58,241 nucleotides of DNA from Candidatus Limnocylindrales bacterium (GCA_036559965.1 DATBSD010000091.1:1-58241); one strand, 5' to 3'. Counted from the stretch's first letter, positions 6,782 through 16,383 are shown. The notes: generated by a model from the sequence alone, not told the origin. Made by a program: numbers and translations.

Positions 6782-9385
6782 ATGGCCGACCTGACGATCC
6801 GCCCCGACGCCGACGCCGCCCAGATGCTCACGTCACCGGCTGACCGCCTGCTCGACGTCCAGGCCCCGCAGCGACCCCTCGCGACGCCGGCCTTCACCAT
6901 CGAGGTCGACGGCCGCCAGGTGACGGGCCGCGAGGGACAGACCATCCTCGAGGTCTGCCGCGACAACGGCATCGAGATCCCGACCCTCTGCTACGAGCCC
7001 AAGCTGCCTGGCTTCGGCGCCTGCCGGATGTGCGTCGTCGAGGTCGAGGGCGAGGACCAGCCGCCCATCAGCTGCTCCCGGGCGTGCGAGCCGGAGATGG
7101 TCGTGCGCACGCAGACACCGCGCATCCGCCAGCTCCGCAAGACGAACCTCGAGCTCATCTTCAGCGACCACAACGCCTACTGCCTGCCGCCCTGCCAGAA
7201 CAAGTGCCCCAGCCACATCGACATCCCGGGCTTCCTGAAGGCCAATGCCGAGGGCGACTTCCGCGAGTCGGCGCGCATCTTCAAGCGCACCATCCCGTTC
7301 CCGAGCGTGCTCGGGCGGGTCTGCCCGGCGCCCTGCGAGGAGCACTGCCGGCGGGACGAGGTCGACGAGGCCATCGCCATCCGCGATACCCACCGTTACG
7401 CCGGCGACCAGGTCCTCAAGGCCCAGACGAAGGGCGTCAAGGCGCCCGTTCCGTTCGCGGTCCAGGCGCCGAGCGGCAAGCGGGCGGCCGTCATCGGCTC
7501 GGGTCCGGCCGGGGCGTCGGCCGCCTACTACCTGGCCATCGCCGGCCACGAGGTGACGATCTACGAGCGCGACCCGGCGCCGGGCGGCATGCTCCGCTAC
7601 GGCATCCCGCAGTACCGCCTGCCGAAGGACGAGGTCCTGGCGGCGGAGTACGAGGGCCTGGCCGACCTTGGTGTGAAGACGGTCTGCGACGCCGAGCTCG
7701 GGCGCGACTTCACCATCGACGACCTCCAGAACCAGGGCTTCGACGCCGTCACCGTCGCCATCGGCTGCTACGACACGAACGAATTGGGCATCCCGGGCGA
7801 GGATGCCGACGGTGTCATCGACGGCCTCGAGTACCTGCGCATCGCGACGCTCGGCCTGCCCTATCCGGGCCACGAGGGCACGCGCGTCGTGGTCATCGGC
7901 GGCGGCTTCACGTCGATGGACTGCACGCGCACCTCGGTCCGCCAGGGAGCCCGCGAGGTGACCCTCGTCTATCGCCGCGACATGAAGGACATGCCCGCCG
8001 CCAACGAGGTCCACGAGGCCATCGAGGAGGGCGCGCGGGCGATCTTCCAGGCCGCGCCGACGCGCGTCGTGACCGACGACCAGAACCGCGTCACGGGCGT
8101 CGAGTTCCAGCGCATGCGCATGGGCGCGCCGGATGCCTCCGGTCGGCGGCGGCCGGAGCCCCAGCCAGGCACCGAGTTCGTCATCGACTGCGATCGCGTC
8201 CTGCTGGCCATCGGCCAGGGTCCCGAGCTGGGTTGGCTGGCCAACGGCGCGGCCGGGGTCACGGCCAGCAAGCAGAAGCGACTGCAGGCCGACGGCGTGA
8301 CCTTCGCCACCGGGCGACCCGGCGTCTTCGGCAGCGGCGACGTGCGCATCGGCGCGGCGACCGTGGTCGAGGCAGTCGCCGAGGGCCGTCGCGCGGCCTA
8401 CGCCGTCGACGCCTACCTCCAGGGCCTCGACCTCGAGGCCATCCGCACGCGCCAGACGCTGGCCGAGCCGCAGCCCGAGTTCCTGTCCATCGTGCCCTAC
8501 ACCCAGGAGCTCAAGGAGCCCCGCATCCGGCTCCAGGCGATGCCCGCCGACGTGCGCAACCAGAGCTACGTCGAGTACGAGATCCCGTACACCCAGCAGG
8601 AGGCGATGGAGGAGTCCAAGCGCTGCCTCCAGTGCACCTGCGAGGCGATCGGCTTCTGCGATCTGCGGCGCCAGGGGATCGAGTACGGGACGACGCTCGA
8701 GACGCTCGAGCCCGCTCGCACGGGGATGTCGTTCCGGAGCGTCAGCGAGAACCGCTTCACGGGCGACAACCACGACTACATCCGCGACGACAGCCACGCC
8801 TTCATCCTGCGCGAGCCGTCACGCTGCATCGACTGCGGCCGCTGCGCCAACGTCTGCAAGGAGGTCGTTGGCGCCGCCTGCTACGACTTCATGCGCAGCG
8901 GCTTCGACACGCTCGTCACCACGCCGCTCGACATGAGCCTCAACACGACGCCGTGCGTCTCGTGCGGGCGGTGCGCCGAGACCTGCCCGACCGGCGCACT
9001 GATGCCCAAGCCACGCGTGCTCGAGAAGTACGAGGTCGACGAGAGCCGCTGCATCCTGTGCGGCATCTGCGTCGACGCCTGTCCCTACGACGCCCTTCGA
9101 TGCGGGCCGGACTTCGAGCTCGCCCACGAGAGCCGCGAGGAGCCGATGATCGACCTCATCGCCCTGGCGGCCATGGAGCGCGACACGGAGATGACCTACG
9201 TGCGCCGAGAGCGCGACTGGCTGGAGCGCGCCCAGGCCTCCGGTCGCCTGCTCGATCCCGGCCGCCTGCTGCCGATGTTGCCGCCGGGCGTGAACGGCAA
9301 CGGCCACGGCGACGGGCACCGCCACGACGGCGACGGCCACGGCGGCAACGGCCATGCCGGCGGCGGCCACGCCCATGCCCGTTAG
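6782..9385 (+). CDS. chimeric Fe-S flavoprotein: NuoG-type N-terminal 2Fe-2S domain, then a GltD-like NAD(P)H/FAD oxidoreductase module, then NuoG-type 4Fe-4S and ferredoxin motifs, then a His/Gly/Asp-rich tail; no molybdopterin-like domain
   Basis: 2Fe-2S domain: [53 protein letters not shown]. GltD-like module: [104 protein letters not shown]. 4Fe-4S region: [15 protein letters not shown]...[17 protein letters not shown] and [17 protein letters not shown]. Confidence 0.8.
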   Translation: MADLTIRPDADAAQMLTSPADRLLDVQAPQRPLATPAFTIEVDGRQVTGREGQTILEVCRDNGIEIPTLCYEPKLPGFGACRMCVVEVEGEDQPPISCSRACEPEMVVRTQTPRIRQLRKTNLELIFSDHNAYCLPPCQNKCPSHIDIPGFLKANAEGDFRESARIFKRTIPFPSVLGRVCPAPCEEHCRRDEVDEAIAIRDTHRYAGDQVLKAQTKGVKAPVPFAVQAPSGKRAAVIGSGPAGASAAYYLAIAGHEVTIYERDPAPGGMLRYGIPQYRLPKDEVLAAEYEGLADLGVKTVCDAELGRDFTIDDLQNQGFDAVTVAIGCYDTNELGIPGEDADGVIDGLEYLRIATLGLPYPGHEGTRVVVIGGGFTSMDCTRTSVRQGAREVTLVYRRDMKDMPAANEVHEAIEEGARAIFQAAPTRVVTDDQNRVTGVEFQRMRMGAPDASGRRRPEPQPGTEFVIDCDRVLLAIGQGPELGWLANGAAGVTASKQKRLQADGVTFATGRPGVFGSGDVRIGAATVVEAVAEGRRAAYAVDAYLQGLDLEAIRTRQTLAEPQPEFLSIVPYTQELKEPRIRLQAMPADVRNQSYVEYEIPYTQQEAMEESKRCLQCTCEAIGFCDLRRQGIEYGTTLETLEPARTGMSFRSVSENRFTGDNHDYIRDDSHAFILREPSRCIDCGRCANVCKEVVGAACYDFMRSGFDTLVTTPLDMSLNTTPCVSCGRCAETCPTGALMPKPRVLEKYEVDESRCILCGICVDACPYDALRCGPDFELAHESREEPMIDLIALAAMERDTEMTYVRRERDWLERAQASGRLLDPGRLLPMLPPGVNGNGHGDGHRHDGDGHGGNGHAGGGHAHAR

Positions 9386-9397
9386 GGCGGTCGTCGC

Positions 9398-9940
9398 GTG
9401 ACGCTGCCGGAGACCATCCCGCTGCTCGGCTGGACCTGGAACGACCTGCTCTTCCTGATCCTCGCCGGCACGCTCGTGGGCACGGCGCTGATGGTCGTCC
9501 TGGGCCGCAACATCATCCGCTCGGGGCTCTGGCTCATCCTCTGCTTCGCGACGCTGGCCGGCCTCTACGCGCTGCTTGGCAACGCCATCGTGGCCGTCGC
9601 GCAGGTGCTCGTCTACATGGGCGCCATCGCCGTGCTCATCCTTTTCGCCATCATGCTCACCCAGACGAAGGGTGGACCGGCCGCGCTCGTCTTCCACCAC
9701 CAGGCCTGGGCGGCGGCGATCGCCGCCATCGTGATCGGCGGCCTGCTGGCCATCGTCGACGGCGCCAGCGGCTGGCCGCTGGCGGGCGAGTTCATGCGCA
9801 CGAGCACCGAGGCCGTGGCGGCGCTGCTCTTCGGCGACTACGTCCTGGCCTTCGAGATCGTCGGGGTGCTGCTGCTGGCGGCCGTCATCGGTGGTGTCTT
9901 CCTGGCCAAGCGCGACGACAGCCCGGAGACGCCTGGGTGA
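9398..9940 (+). CDS. nuoJ: NADH-quinone oxidoreductase subunit J
   Basis: GTG start. The product is 180 aa with five hydrophobic helices. The conserved segment [23 protein letters not shown] is present. Confidence 0.85.
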   Translation: MTLPETIPLLGWTWNDLLFLILAGTLVGTALMVVLGRNIIRSGLWLILCFATLAGLYALLGNAIVAVAQVLVYMGAIAVLILFAIMLTQTKGGPAALVFHHQAWAAAIAAIVIGGLLAIVDGASGWPLAGEFMRTSTEAVAALLFGDYVLAFEIVGVLLLAAVIGGVFLAKRDDSPETPG

Positions 9941-10248
9941 GCCAGACGCTGGAGTCATACCTCGCTCTGTCGGCCATCCTCTTCGCCATCGGCACCTTCG
10001 GCTTCCTCGCCCGCCGCAACGCCATCGCGATGCTCATGTCGATCGAGCTGATGCTCAACGCGGTCAACCTCTCGATCATCGCGTTCGGCGCCTTCATCCC
10101 GGAGCTCAACGGCGACGCAGCCGTCATCGCCCTCATGGTCATGGCCGTGGCGGCCGCCGAGGCGACCGTCGGGCTGGCCATCGTCATCGCCATCTACCGC
10201 AACCGCCGCACACCGCTGGTCGACGAGTACACGCAGATGCGGGAGTAG
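9937..10248 (+). CDS. nuoK: NADH-quinone oxidoreductase subunit K
   Basis: GTG 9937 overlaps the nuoJ stop (GTGA). The product is 103 aa: [45 protein letters not shown]...[12 protein letters not shown]. It is only the 3' end of the long track ORF 7030..10248. Confidence 0.9.
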   Translation: MSQTLESYLALSAILFAIGTFGFLARRNAIAMLMSIELMLNAVNLSIIAFGAFIPELNGDAAVIALMVMAVAAAEATVGLAIVIAIYRNRRTPLVDEYTQMRE

Positions 10249-10253
10249 CCGTG

Positions 10254-12224
10254 ATGGGCATGCCCACGCTCGTCACGCTGCTGCTCGTGCTGCCCATGGT
10301 GGGCTTCGTGCTGACCGCCCTCGTCGGACGGCGGCTGGCGACCCGGGCGGGCATCATCGCGGTGCCCATCATCGTGCTCACCTGGCTCATCGCGATGATC
10401 GTCGTCTACACCGCCCTGAGCGGCGGCTTCGGCGAGGAAGGCCTCCACTTCACGCTCTACGAGTGGATCCCGGCCGGCGAGTTCCGAGTGCCCTTCAGCC
10501 TCGCTGTCGACAACCTGACCGCATGCCTGCTCATCGTGGTCACGACCGTGGGCATGCTGGTGCATGTCTACTCGGTCGGCTACATGGCCCACGACCCGGG
10601 CCGCTGGCGCTTCTTCGCCTACCTCAACCTGTTCATGTTCAGCATGTTGCTGCTCGTCCTGGCGGGCAACTTCCTGCTCCTCTTCGCGGCCTGGGAGCTG
10701 GTCGGCCTGTCGAGCTACCTGCTCATCGGCTTCTGGTACCCCCGGCGCAGCGCGGCCATCGCGGCCAAGAAGGCGTTCCTCGTCAACCGCGTCGGTGACG
10801 TCGGCTTCGCGCTCGGCATCATGGCCATCTGGACGACCGTCGGGACACTCGAATTCGGCGAGGTCTTCGAGCTCCTGCCCGAGCAGTTCCACGCCGGCGA
10901 GATCGCGCCCTGGATGCTCTTCGGCATCGCGCTGCTGCTCTTCTGCGGCGCGGTCGGCAAGAGCGCCCAGTTCCCGCTCCACGTCTGGCTGCCGGACGCG
11001 ATGGAAGGCCCGACCCCGGTCAGCGCCCTCATCCATGCCGCGACGATGGTCAACGCGGGCGTCTACTTCGTGGCCCGCGCCAACCCCATCTTCAGCCTCT
11101 CACCGGCAGCCATGACGCTGGTCGCCGCCATCGGCATCTTCACGGCCATCCTGGCCGCCTCGATCGCGCTGACCCAGAAGGACATCAAACGCGTGCTGGC
11201 CTACTCGACGCTCAGCCAGCTGGGCTACATGTTCGCGGCCCTTGGGGTCGGCGCCTACATCGCGGCCATCTTCCACCTCATGACCCACGGCTTCTTCAAG
11301 GGCCTCCTGTTCCTCGGATCGGGGTCGGTCATCCACGCCGTCCATGAGGAGCAGGACATGGACCGCATGGGCGGCCTGTGGCGGAAGATCCCGGTGACCC
11401 ACTGGACGATGCTCATCGGTGCCCTGGCCATCGCCGGCATCCCGCCGCTGGCCGGCTTCTTCAGCAAGGACGAGATCCTCGGGGGCGCCTTCGAGAACGG
11501 CTTCTATCTGGTCTGGCTCATCGGGGCCTTCGTCGCCTTCCTGACGGCCTTCTACATGTTCCGCCTGATGGGCAAGACCTTCTACGGCCCGAGCCACGTC
11601 GATCCGACGGTCGAGCCCAAGATCCACGAGTCATCGCGCTGGATGACCATCCCACTCGTCCTGCTGGCCATCCCGTCCATCGCGCTGGGCATGGTCCTCG
11701 GGTTGCCGCTCGGGGAGGGCCTCATCGACCAGTGGCTGGAGCCGGTCTTCGAGCACGCCCAGGAGAACCTCGGCCTGACCCACGAGCCGGTCCAGCTGTT
11801 CGGCATCGACGGCCTGATCATCATCGGCAGCACCGCCGTCGCAGCATTCGGCATCGCCATCGCCATCCGCCTCTTCGGCTTCCACTGGCCGCTTCGCGGG
11901 AGCGACACGGCGCCGCGGCCGGAGCGGGTGGCGGAGCTCACGCAGCGCGCGCCCGCCCTCTATCGCGCGTCGTTCCATAAGTGGTGGTTCGACGACCTCA
12001 ACCACGTCCTGTTCGTGGTCATCGGCGGGCGCATCGCCAACGGCCTCTGGTGGTTCGACCGGGCCATCGTCGACGGCACCGTGAATGGCGTCGGCGACGT
12101 CGTCCAGGGCGCCGGACGCGACCTGCGCCGGATCCAGACCGGCCGGGTGCAGAACTACGCGCTGGGCATCGCCGTCGCCCTCATCGTCGTGGCCGTCTAC
12201 TTCGTGATCGCGGTCGCCGGCTGA
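10254..12224 (+). CDS. nuoL: NADH-quinone oxidoreductase subunit L
   Basis: ATG 10254 (GTG 10251 is an alternative) follows GGGAG. Antiporter-like subunit motifs: WELVGLSSYLLIGFWY, GKSAQFPLHVWLPDAMEGPTPVSALIHAATMV. A long C-terminal region is consistent with the lateral helix. Confidence 0.9.
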   Translation: MGMPTLVTLLLVLPMVGFVLTALVGRRLATRAGIIAVPIIVLTWLIAMIVVYTALSGGFGEEGLHFTLYEWIPAGEFRVPFSLAVDNLTACLLIVVTTVGMLVHVYSVGYMAHDPGRWRFFAYLNLFMFSMLLLVLAGNFLLLFAAWELVGLSSYLLIGFWYPRRSAAIAAKKAFLVNRVGDVGFALGIMAIWTTVGTLEFGEVFELLPEQFHAGEIAPWMLFGIALLLFCGAVGKSAQFPLHVWLPDAMEGPTPVSALIHAATMVNAGVYFVARANPIFSLSPAAMTLVAAIGIFTAILAASIALTQKDIKRVLAYSTLSQLGYMFAALGVGAYIAAIFHLMTHGFFKGLLFLGSGSVIHAVHEEQDMDRMGGLWRKIPVTHWTMLIGALAIAGIPPLAGFFSKDEILGGAFENGFYLVWLIGAFVAFLTAFYMFRLMGKTFYGPSHVDPTVEPKIHESSRWMTIPLVLLAIPSIALGMVLGLPLGEGLIDQWLEPVFEHAQENLGLTHEPVQLFGIDGLIIIGSTAVAAFGIAIAIRLFGFHWPLRGSDTAPRPERVAELTQRAPALYRASFHKWWFDDLNHVLFVVIGGRIANGLWWFDRAIVDGTVNGVGDVVQGAGRDLRRIQTGRVQNYALGIAVALIVVAVYFVIAVAG

Positions 12225-13762
12225 TGGATGGCGTGCCGATGCTGACCCTCATCCTCCTGGCACCGCTGCTCGGTGCCCTGATCATCGCCTTCCTGCCGCG
12301 CCGCTACCCCGACCTCATCCGCGGCACGGCGCTCCTCGCGGCGCTCGTCGCCTTCGCGCTCTCGCTGGCGCTGCTCTCGGCCTTCGACCCCGAGGCGACC
12401 GGCGTGGGCGGCTTCACCTTCGTCGAGAGCGTGCCCTGGATCCCATCCTTCGGCATCACCTACACCCTGGGCATCGACGGCATCAGCCTCGTGCTCGTGG
12501 TCCTGACCACGCTGCTGACCTGGATCAGCATCCTCGCCAGCGTCCGGCCGATCACCGATCGCGTCAAGGAATACATGATCTCGTTCCTCATCCTCGAGGT
12601 CGGCATGCTCGGCGTGTTCATGGCCCTCGACCTCTTCCTGTTCTACGTCTTCTGGGAGATCGTGCTCGTGCCGATGTACCTCATCATCGGCATCTGGGGC
12701 GGGCCGAACCGCATCTACGCGACGCTCAAGTTCGTGCTCTACACCCTCGTCGGCTCGCTGCTCATGCTCGTCGCCATCCTGGCCACGGCCTATGCCTACG
12801 CCTCGACGACGGGCTCGTGGCAGGGTGCCTTCGACTACCTGACCCTGCGCGGCTTCGGCTTCGACACCGCCCTCCAGGTGGGCGCCTTCCTGGCCTTCTC
12901 GCTGGCCTTCGCCATCAAGGTGCCCATGTGGCCGTTCCACACCTGGCTGCCCGACGCGCACGTCGAAGCGCCGACGGCCGGCTCGGTCATCCTCGCCGGC
13001 GTGCTCCTGAAGCTGGGCGGCTACGGCTTCCTGCGCTTCGCGCTGCCGCTCTACCCCGACGCGGCACAGACGTTCGCACCGCTCATCGTCGTGCTCTCGC
13101 TCATCGCCATCATCTATGGCGCCATCGTCTCGATCGTCCAGCCCGACCTCAAGAAGCTGGTCGCCTACAGCTCGGTCAGCCACATGGGCTTCGTGACGCT
13201 GGGCATCTTCGTCTTCCAGCAGCAGGCCATGGACGGGGCCATCCTCCAGATGGTCAACCACGGCCTCATCACCGGCGCCCTGTTCCTGTGCGTGGGCGTC
13301 ATCTACGAGCGGACGCACGACCGGACCATCGCCCGCATGGGCGGCCTGGCGGCGCACACCCCGGCCTATGCCGCCGCCTTCGGCTTCTTCATGCTCGCCA
13401 GCGTCGGGCTGCCGGGCCTGGCCGGCTTCGTCGGTGAGTTCCTCGTCTTCGTCGGCACGTTCGCGGTCAGCCCGCTGGCCGCCGCCATCGCCGCCCTGGT
13501 CATGGTCTTCGGCGCGGTCTACCTGCTCTGGATGTTCCAGCGCGTGGCCTTCGGTCCGCTCTCCGAGTTCCTCAAGGGCCTCGGGCACCACCTCACCGAC
13601 ATGCGCCCGATCGAGGTCCTGACGCTCGCGCCGCTGGCCGGCCTGACCGTCATCTTCGGCCTCTTCCCGGGCCTTCTGCTCGACCTCATCCAGGGGCCGG
13701 TGGACGGCATCATCGCCGGGTTGACCGCGAGCGACGCGGTCGCCTGGCTGCCGTGGCGTTGA
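12224..13762 (+). CDS. nuoM: NADH-quinone oxidoreductase subunit M
   Basis: ATG 12224 overlaps the nuoL stop by 1 nt. Motifs: FYVFWEIVLVPMYLIIGIWG, KVPMWPFHTWLPDAHVEAPTAGSVILAGVLLKLGGYG. Confidence 0.9.
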   Translation: MDGVPMLTLILLAPLLGALIIAFLPRRYPDLIRGTALLAALVAFALSLALLSAFDPEATGVGGFTFVESVPWIPSFGITYTLGIDGISLVLVVLTTLLTWISILASVRPITDRVKEYMISFLILEVGMLGVFMALDLFLFYVFWEIVLVPMYLIIGIWGGPNRIYATLKFVLYTLVGSLLMLVAILATAYAYASTTGSWQGAFDYLTLRGFGFDTALQVGAFLAFSLAFAIKVPMWPFHTWLPDAHVEAPTAGSVILAGVLLKLGGYGFLRFALPLYPDAAQTFAPLIVVLSLIAIIYGAIVSIVQPDLKKLVAYSSVSHMGFVTLGIFVFQQQAMDGAILQMVNHGLITGALFLCVGVIYERTHDRTIARMGGLAAHTPAYAAAFGFFMLASVGLPGLAGFVGEFLVFVGTFAVSPLAAAIAALVMVFGAVYLLWMFQRVAFGPLSEFLKGLGHHLTDMRPIEVLTLAPLAGLTVIFGLFPGLLLDLIQGPVDGIIAGLTASDAVAWLPWR

Positions 13763-13767
13763 CGGGC

Positions 13768-15246
13768 ATGGAGACGACCGGCCTGCTGGCCCTGGCGCCG
13801 CTCATCGTCGTCATCGGCGTCGCCATCCTGGTCGTCATCGTGGACATGATCCGGCCGGGCGACGACCGCCTGGCGGGCGTGGTCGGGACCGTCGGCCTGA
13901 TCGTCGCATTGGCGATGGTCGTCGGTGTCGGCTCGGGCGATGTCCCGGTCATGGGCGGGACCTACATCCGCGACCCGCTGACCGCCCTGCTGGACGCCAT
14001 CTTCATCGTCGTCGCCATCCTGACCATCCTCACCGCCCCGGCCTACCTCCGGCCGCGCGGCCTGCCACTGGGCGAATTCACGGCCACGCTCCTGTTCGCC
14101 ATCGCCGGGGCCATGGTCATCGCCGGCGCGCGCGACCTGCTCATCCTCTTCCTGGGTCTCGAGCTGCTCGTGCTGCCGGGCTACATGCTGGCCGGCTACG
14201 CCAAGCGCGACGGCTACTCGACCGAGGGCGCCATCAAGTACTTCCTGCTGGGCTCGTTCAGCTCGGCCATCTTCCTGTTCGGCCTCGCCTACACGTGGGG
14301 CTATACGGGCACGACGAACATCTCGGCCGTCGCCGACGCGCTCGGCCAGGTGACCGCCATCTCGCCCGCCCTGGCCATGGGCCTCGCCCTGCTGACGGTC
14401 GGCGTGGCCTTCAAGATCGCCGCCGTGCCCTTCCACTACTGGACACCCGACGCCTACCAGGGCTCGCCGACGCCGGTCACCGGCTACCTCAGCGTGGGGC
14501 CCAAGGTGGCCGCCTTCGCGCTCATCCTGCGCCTCTTCGTGGAGGCGCTGGGGCCGCTCCAGGGCGACATCGTCAACGTCGTCATCGTGCTCTCGACGCT
14601 CACGATGACGCTCGGCAACCTGGTCGCCATCACGCAGGACAACATCAAGCGGATGCTGGCCTACAGCTCGATCGCGCACACCGGTTACATGCTCGTCGGG
14701 CTGGCCGCGTATGGGGCGGCGCCGGCCGGCTCGCCGGCCGCCGAGCAAGGCCTCCAGGGGCTGCTCTTCTACAGCGTCGCCTACGCCTTCATGAACATCG
14801 GCGCCTTCGCTGTCGTGACCGCCCTCCAGGGCGTGCCCGGCGTGACCAGTCAGATCGCCTCGTTCTCGGGCCTCGGCCGGCGAGCGCCGGTGGCCGGAGC
14901 GGTGATGACCCTGTTCCTGCTTTCGCTGACCGGCATCCCGCCGACCGCTGGCTTCTTCGCCAAGGCACTCGTCATCCTCTCGGCCGTCGAGGCGGGCGGC
15001 TGGGCGAGCGTGCTGGCCGTCATCGCCGTGCTCAACGCCGCCATCGCCGCCTTCTACTACCTGCGCGTCGTCGTCTACATGTACATGCGCGACGCGCCCG
15101 GCGATGCCAAGCCACTCTCCGACTCGTGGCCGCTGCGCCTGGGCCTCGGCCTGGCCGCCGTGGCGACCATCCTCTTCGGCATCATCCCCGGCCTCATCCT
15201 GCCGACCACTCAGGCCGCCGCCCAGGTCCTGCTGCTCGCGCCGTAG
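13768..15246 (+). CDS. nuoN: NADH-quinone oxidoreductase subunit N
   Basis: ATG 13768; the alternative GTG 13753 would overlap nuoM by 10 nt. Motifs: LGLELLVLPGYMLAGY, KIAAVPFHYWTPDAYQGSPTPVTGYL, KRMLAYSSIAHTGYML. Confidence 0.85.
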   Translation: METTGLLALAPLIVVIGVAILVVIVDMIRPGDDRLAGVVGTVGLIVALAMVVGVGSGDVPVMGGTYIRDPLTALLDAIFIVVAILTILTAPAYLRPRGLPLGEFTATLLFAIAGAMVIAGARDLLILFLGLELLVLPGYMLAGYAKRDGYSTEGAIKYFLLGSFSSAIFLFGLAYTWGYTGTTNISAVADALGQVTAISPALAMGLALLTVGVAFKIAAVPFHYWTPDAYQGSPTPVTGYLSVGPKVAAFALILRLFVEALGPLQGDIVNVVIVLSTLTMTLGNLVAITQDNIKRMLAYSSIAHTGYMLVGLAAYGAAPAGSPAAEQGLQGLLFYSVAYAFMNIGAFAVVTALQGVPGVTSQIASFSGLGRRAPVAGAVMTLFLLSLTGIPPTAGFFAKALVILSAVEAGGWASVLAVIAVLNAAIAAFYYLRVVVYMYMRDAPGDAKPLSDSWPLRLGLGLAAVATILFGIIPGLILPTTQAAAQVLLLAP

Positions 15247-15310
15247 GTCGCCGGAACCGGCCGCGCGCCCGACGACCACCCCGCGATGCCTCCGGCGCCT
15301 CGCGCGCGCC

Positions 15311-15486
15311 ACTGTTCCTGTGGGGAACGTAACCGACCAGATCGGCGGCTGGCGTGCCGACTTCGTTCCCCCACAGAACGCCAACGGCGAGTCGGGCACG
15401 GATCGGTCGACTTCGTTCCCCCACGGAACAGGAGGGGCCGGAACTCGCGGCGCCTCGTCGCTTGCGTTCCCCTGGGGAACGCGCCG
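15311..15486. repeat. array of four 15-nt palindromic units (GTTCC-N5-GGAAC type) spaced 50-51 bp apart in the nuoN/otsB convergent spacer
   Basis: The units are GTTCCTGTGGGGAAC (15314-15328), GTTCCCCCACAGAAC (15365-15379), GTTCCCCCACGGAAC (15415-15429) and GTTCCCCTGGGGAAC (15466-15480). Units 2 and 3 share an identical 17-mer, CGACTTCGTTCCCCCAC. Confidence 0.75.
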
Positions 15487-15516
15487 GACGGCAGGCACGA
15501 CCCAAGGGCGCTGGGC

Positions 15517-16383
15517 CTACCCCGCAGCCCGCAAGCCACGCTCGAACGCGGCCAGGAAGCGGGCGGTCTCGTGCGGTGAGTCGAGCACCGCGTCGGATGT
15601 CTCGGCGACCAGCGCCGGGACGTCGTGCAGCGCCTGGACCCCGAGCGCCGATCCGGCGACTCGGCCGGCGTCGCGTTCGGCCCGCAACACGGCGAACGCC
15701 TCGGCATCGCTGACGTCGTCGCCGATGAGCAGCACGGCGGCCGGCCGTCGGTCGCGCAGCAGCCAGGCGAAGGCGTCGCGCTTGGCGGTCGCGCCCGGTG
15801 GCCGCAGCTCCAGATACCGCTTGCCGGGGAAGCGCTCGAAACGCTCGTGCGGGTCGAGCCGGTCGACGATCGCCCGGACCCGGCGGGCGGCATCGGAGAT
15901 GTCCGGCGCGGCGCGATACCAGAACGTGAGGGCCGGGAACTTCGGCTCGACGATGAGCCACGGCTCACCGATCTCGGCCGGCACCGCCTCGGCCAGGGCA
16001 CGACTCTCGGCCAGATGGCCGTCGTGGCTGGGGTCCGCGACGACCGCCATCGACGCCGCCCGCGCACCCCGCGCCAGCTGCCCCACCTCGAGGCCGTGGT
16101 TGCCGAGGTAGGTCGCGCCGCCGACGCGCACCCGTCCGGCGAGGTCGACCGCCGTGCGGCCCGAGAGGAGCACCACCTCGACGCCGGGCAGGCCGGCCAT
16201 GCGGCGGAGCGACCGCTGGGCGAGCGGCTCGGGCACGGCGCCCCACGGATCGAGGCCGATGCGCGAGATCGTGCCGTCGAAGTCGCTGACCACGAGCCAC
16301 GGCCGCAGCGCCAGGGCCCTGGGAGGGAGCAGACCCATCGCCACGCGAGCGCCGACGGTCTCGCCGCGCGGCGCCACGGTCAT
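15517..16383 (-). CDS. otsB: trehalose-6-phosphate phosphatase-like HAD-IIB hydrolase
   Basis: HAD motif I VVSDFDGTIS is present, along with LLSGR, a GKRYLELRP-type cap region and the C-terminal LIGDDVSDAEAF. The ATG overlaps the upstream gene's stop (ATGA). Confidence 0.7.
   Translation of the reverse strand: MTVAPRGETVGARVAMGLLPPRALALRPWLVVSDFDGTISRIGLDPWGAVPEPLAQRSLRRMAGLPGVEVVLLSGRTAVDLAGRVRVGGATYLGNHGLEVGQLARGARAASMAVVADPSHDGHLAESRALAEAVPAEIGEPWLIVEPKFPALTFWYRAAPDISDAARRVRAIVDRLDPHERFERFPGKRYLELRPPGATAKRDAFAWLLRDRRPAAVLLIGDDVSDAEAFAVLRAERDAGRVAGSALGVQALHDVPALVAETSDAVLDSPHETARFLAAFERGLRAAG

Noticed and set aside
3101-8797. Long minus-strand ORFs inside the nuo operon (3101..4735, 5159..6712, 6833..8797). 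The similar 13519..15498 also belongs to this group.
   Set aside because: They are antisense to nuoH, nuoF, the nuoG-like gene and nuoN, which all carry unambiguous conserved motifs. The shadow ORFs show no recognisable domains and extreme Arg/Asp/Gly/Ala bias.
7030-9936. The upstream 2.9 kb of the 1072-aa plus-strand ORF 7030..10248.
   Set aside because: It is an alternative frame of the NuoG-GltD gene and nuoJ. Only the last 312 nt (from GTG 9937) encode a recognisable protein, NuoK.
15311-15486. Possibility that the four evenly spaced repeats form a mini CRISPR array.
   Set aside because: The repeat cores are only 15 nt (17-24 nt with flanks) and imperfect, and the spacers are about 35 nt. 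There is no leader and no cas genes in 58 kb. The units are individually palindromic, like REP elements. They were reported as a repeat/regulatory array instead.
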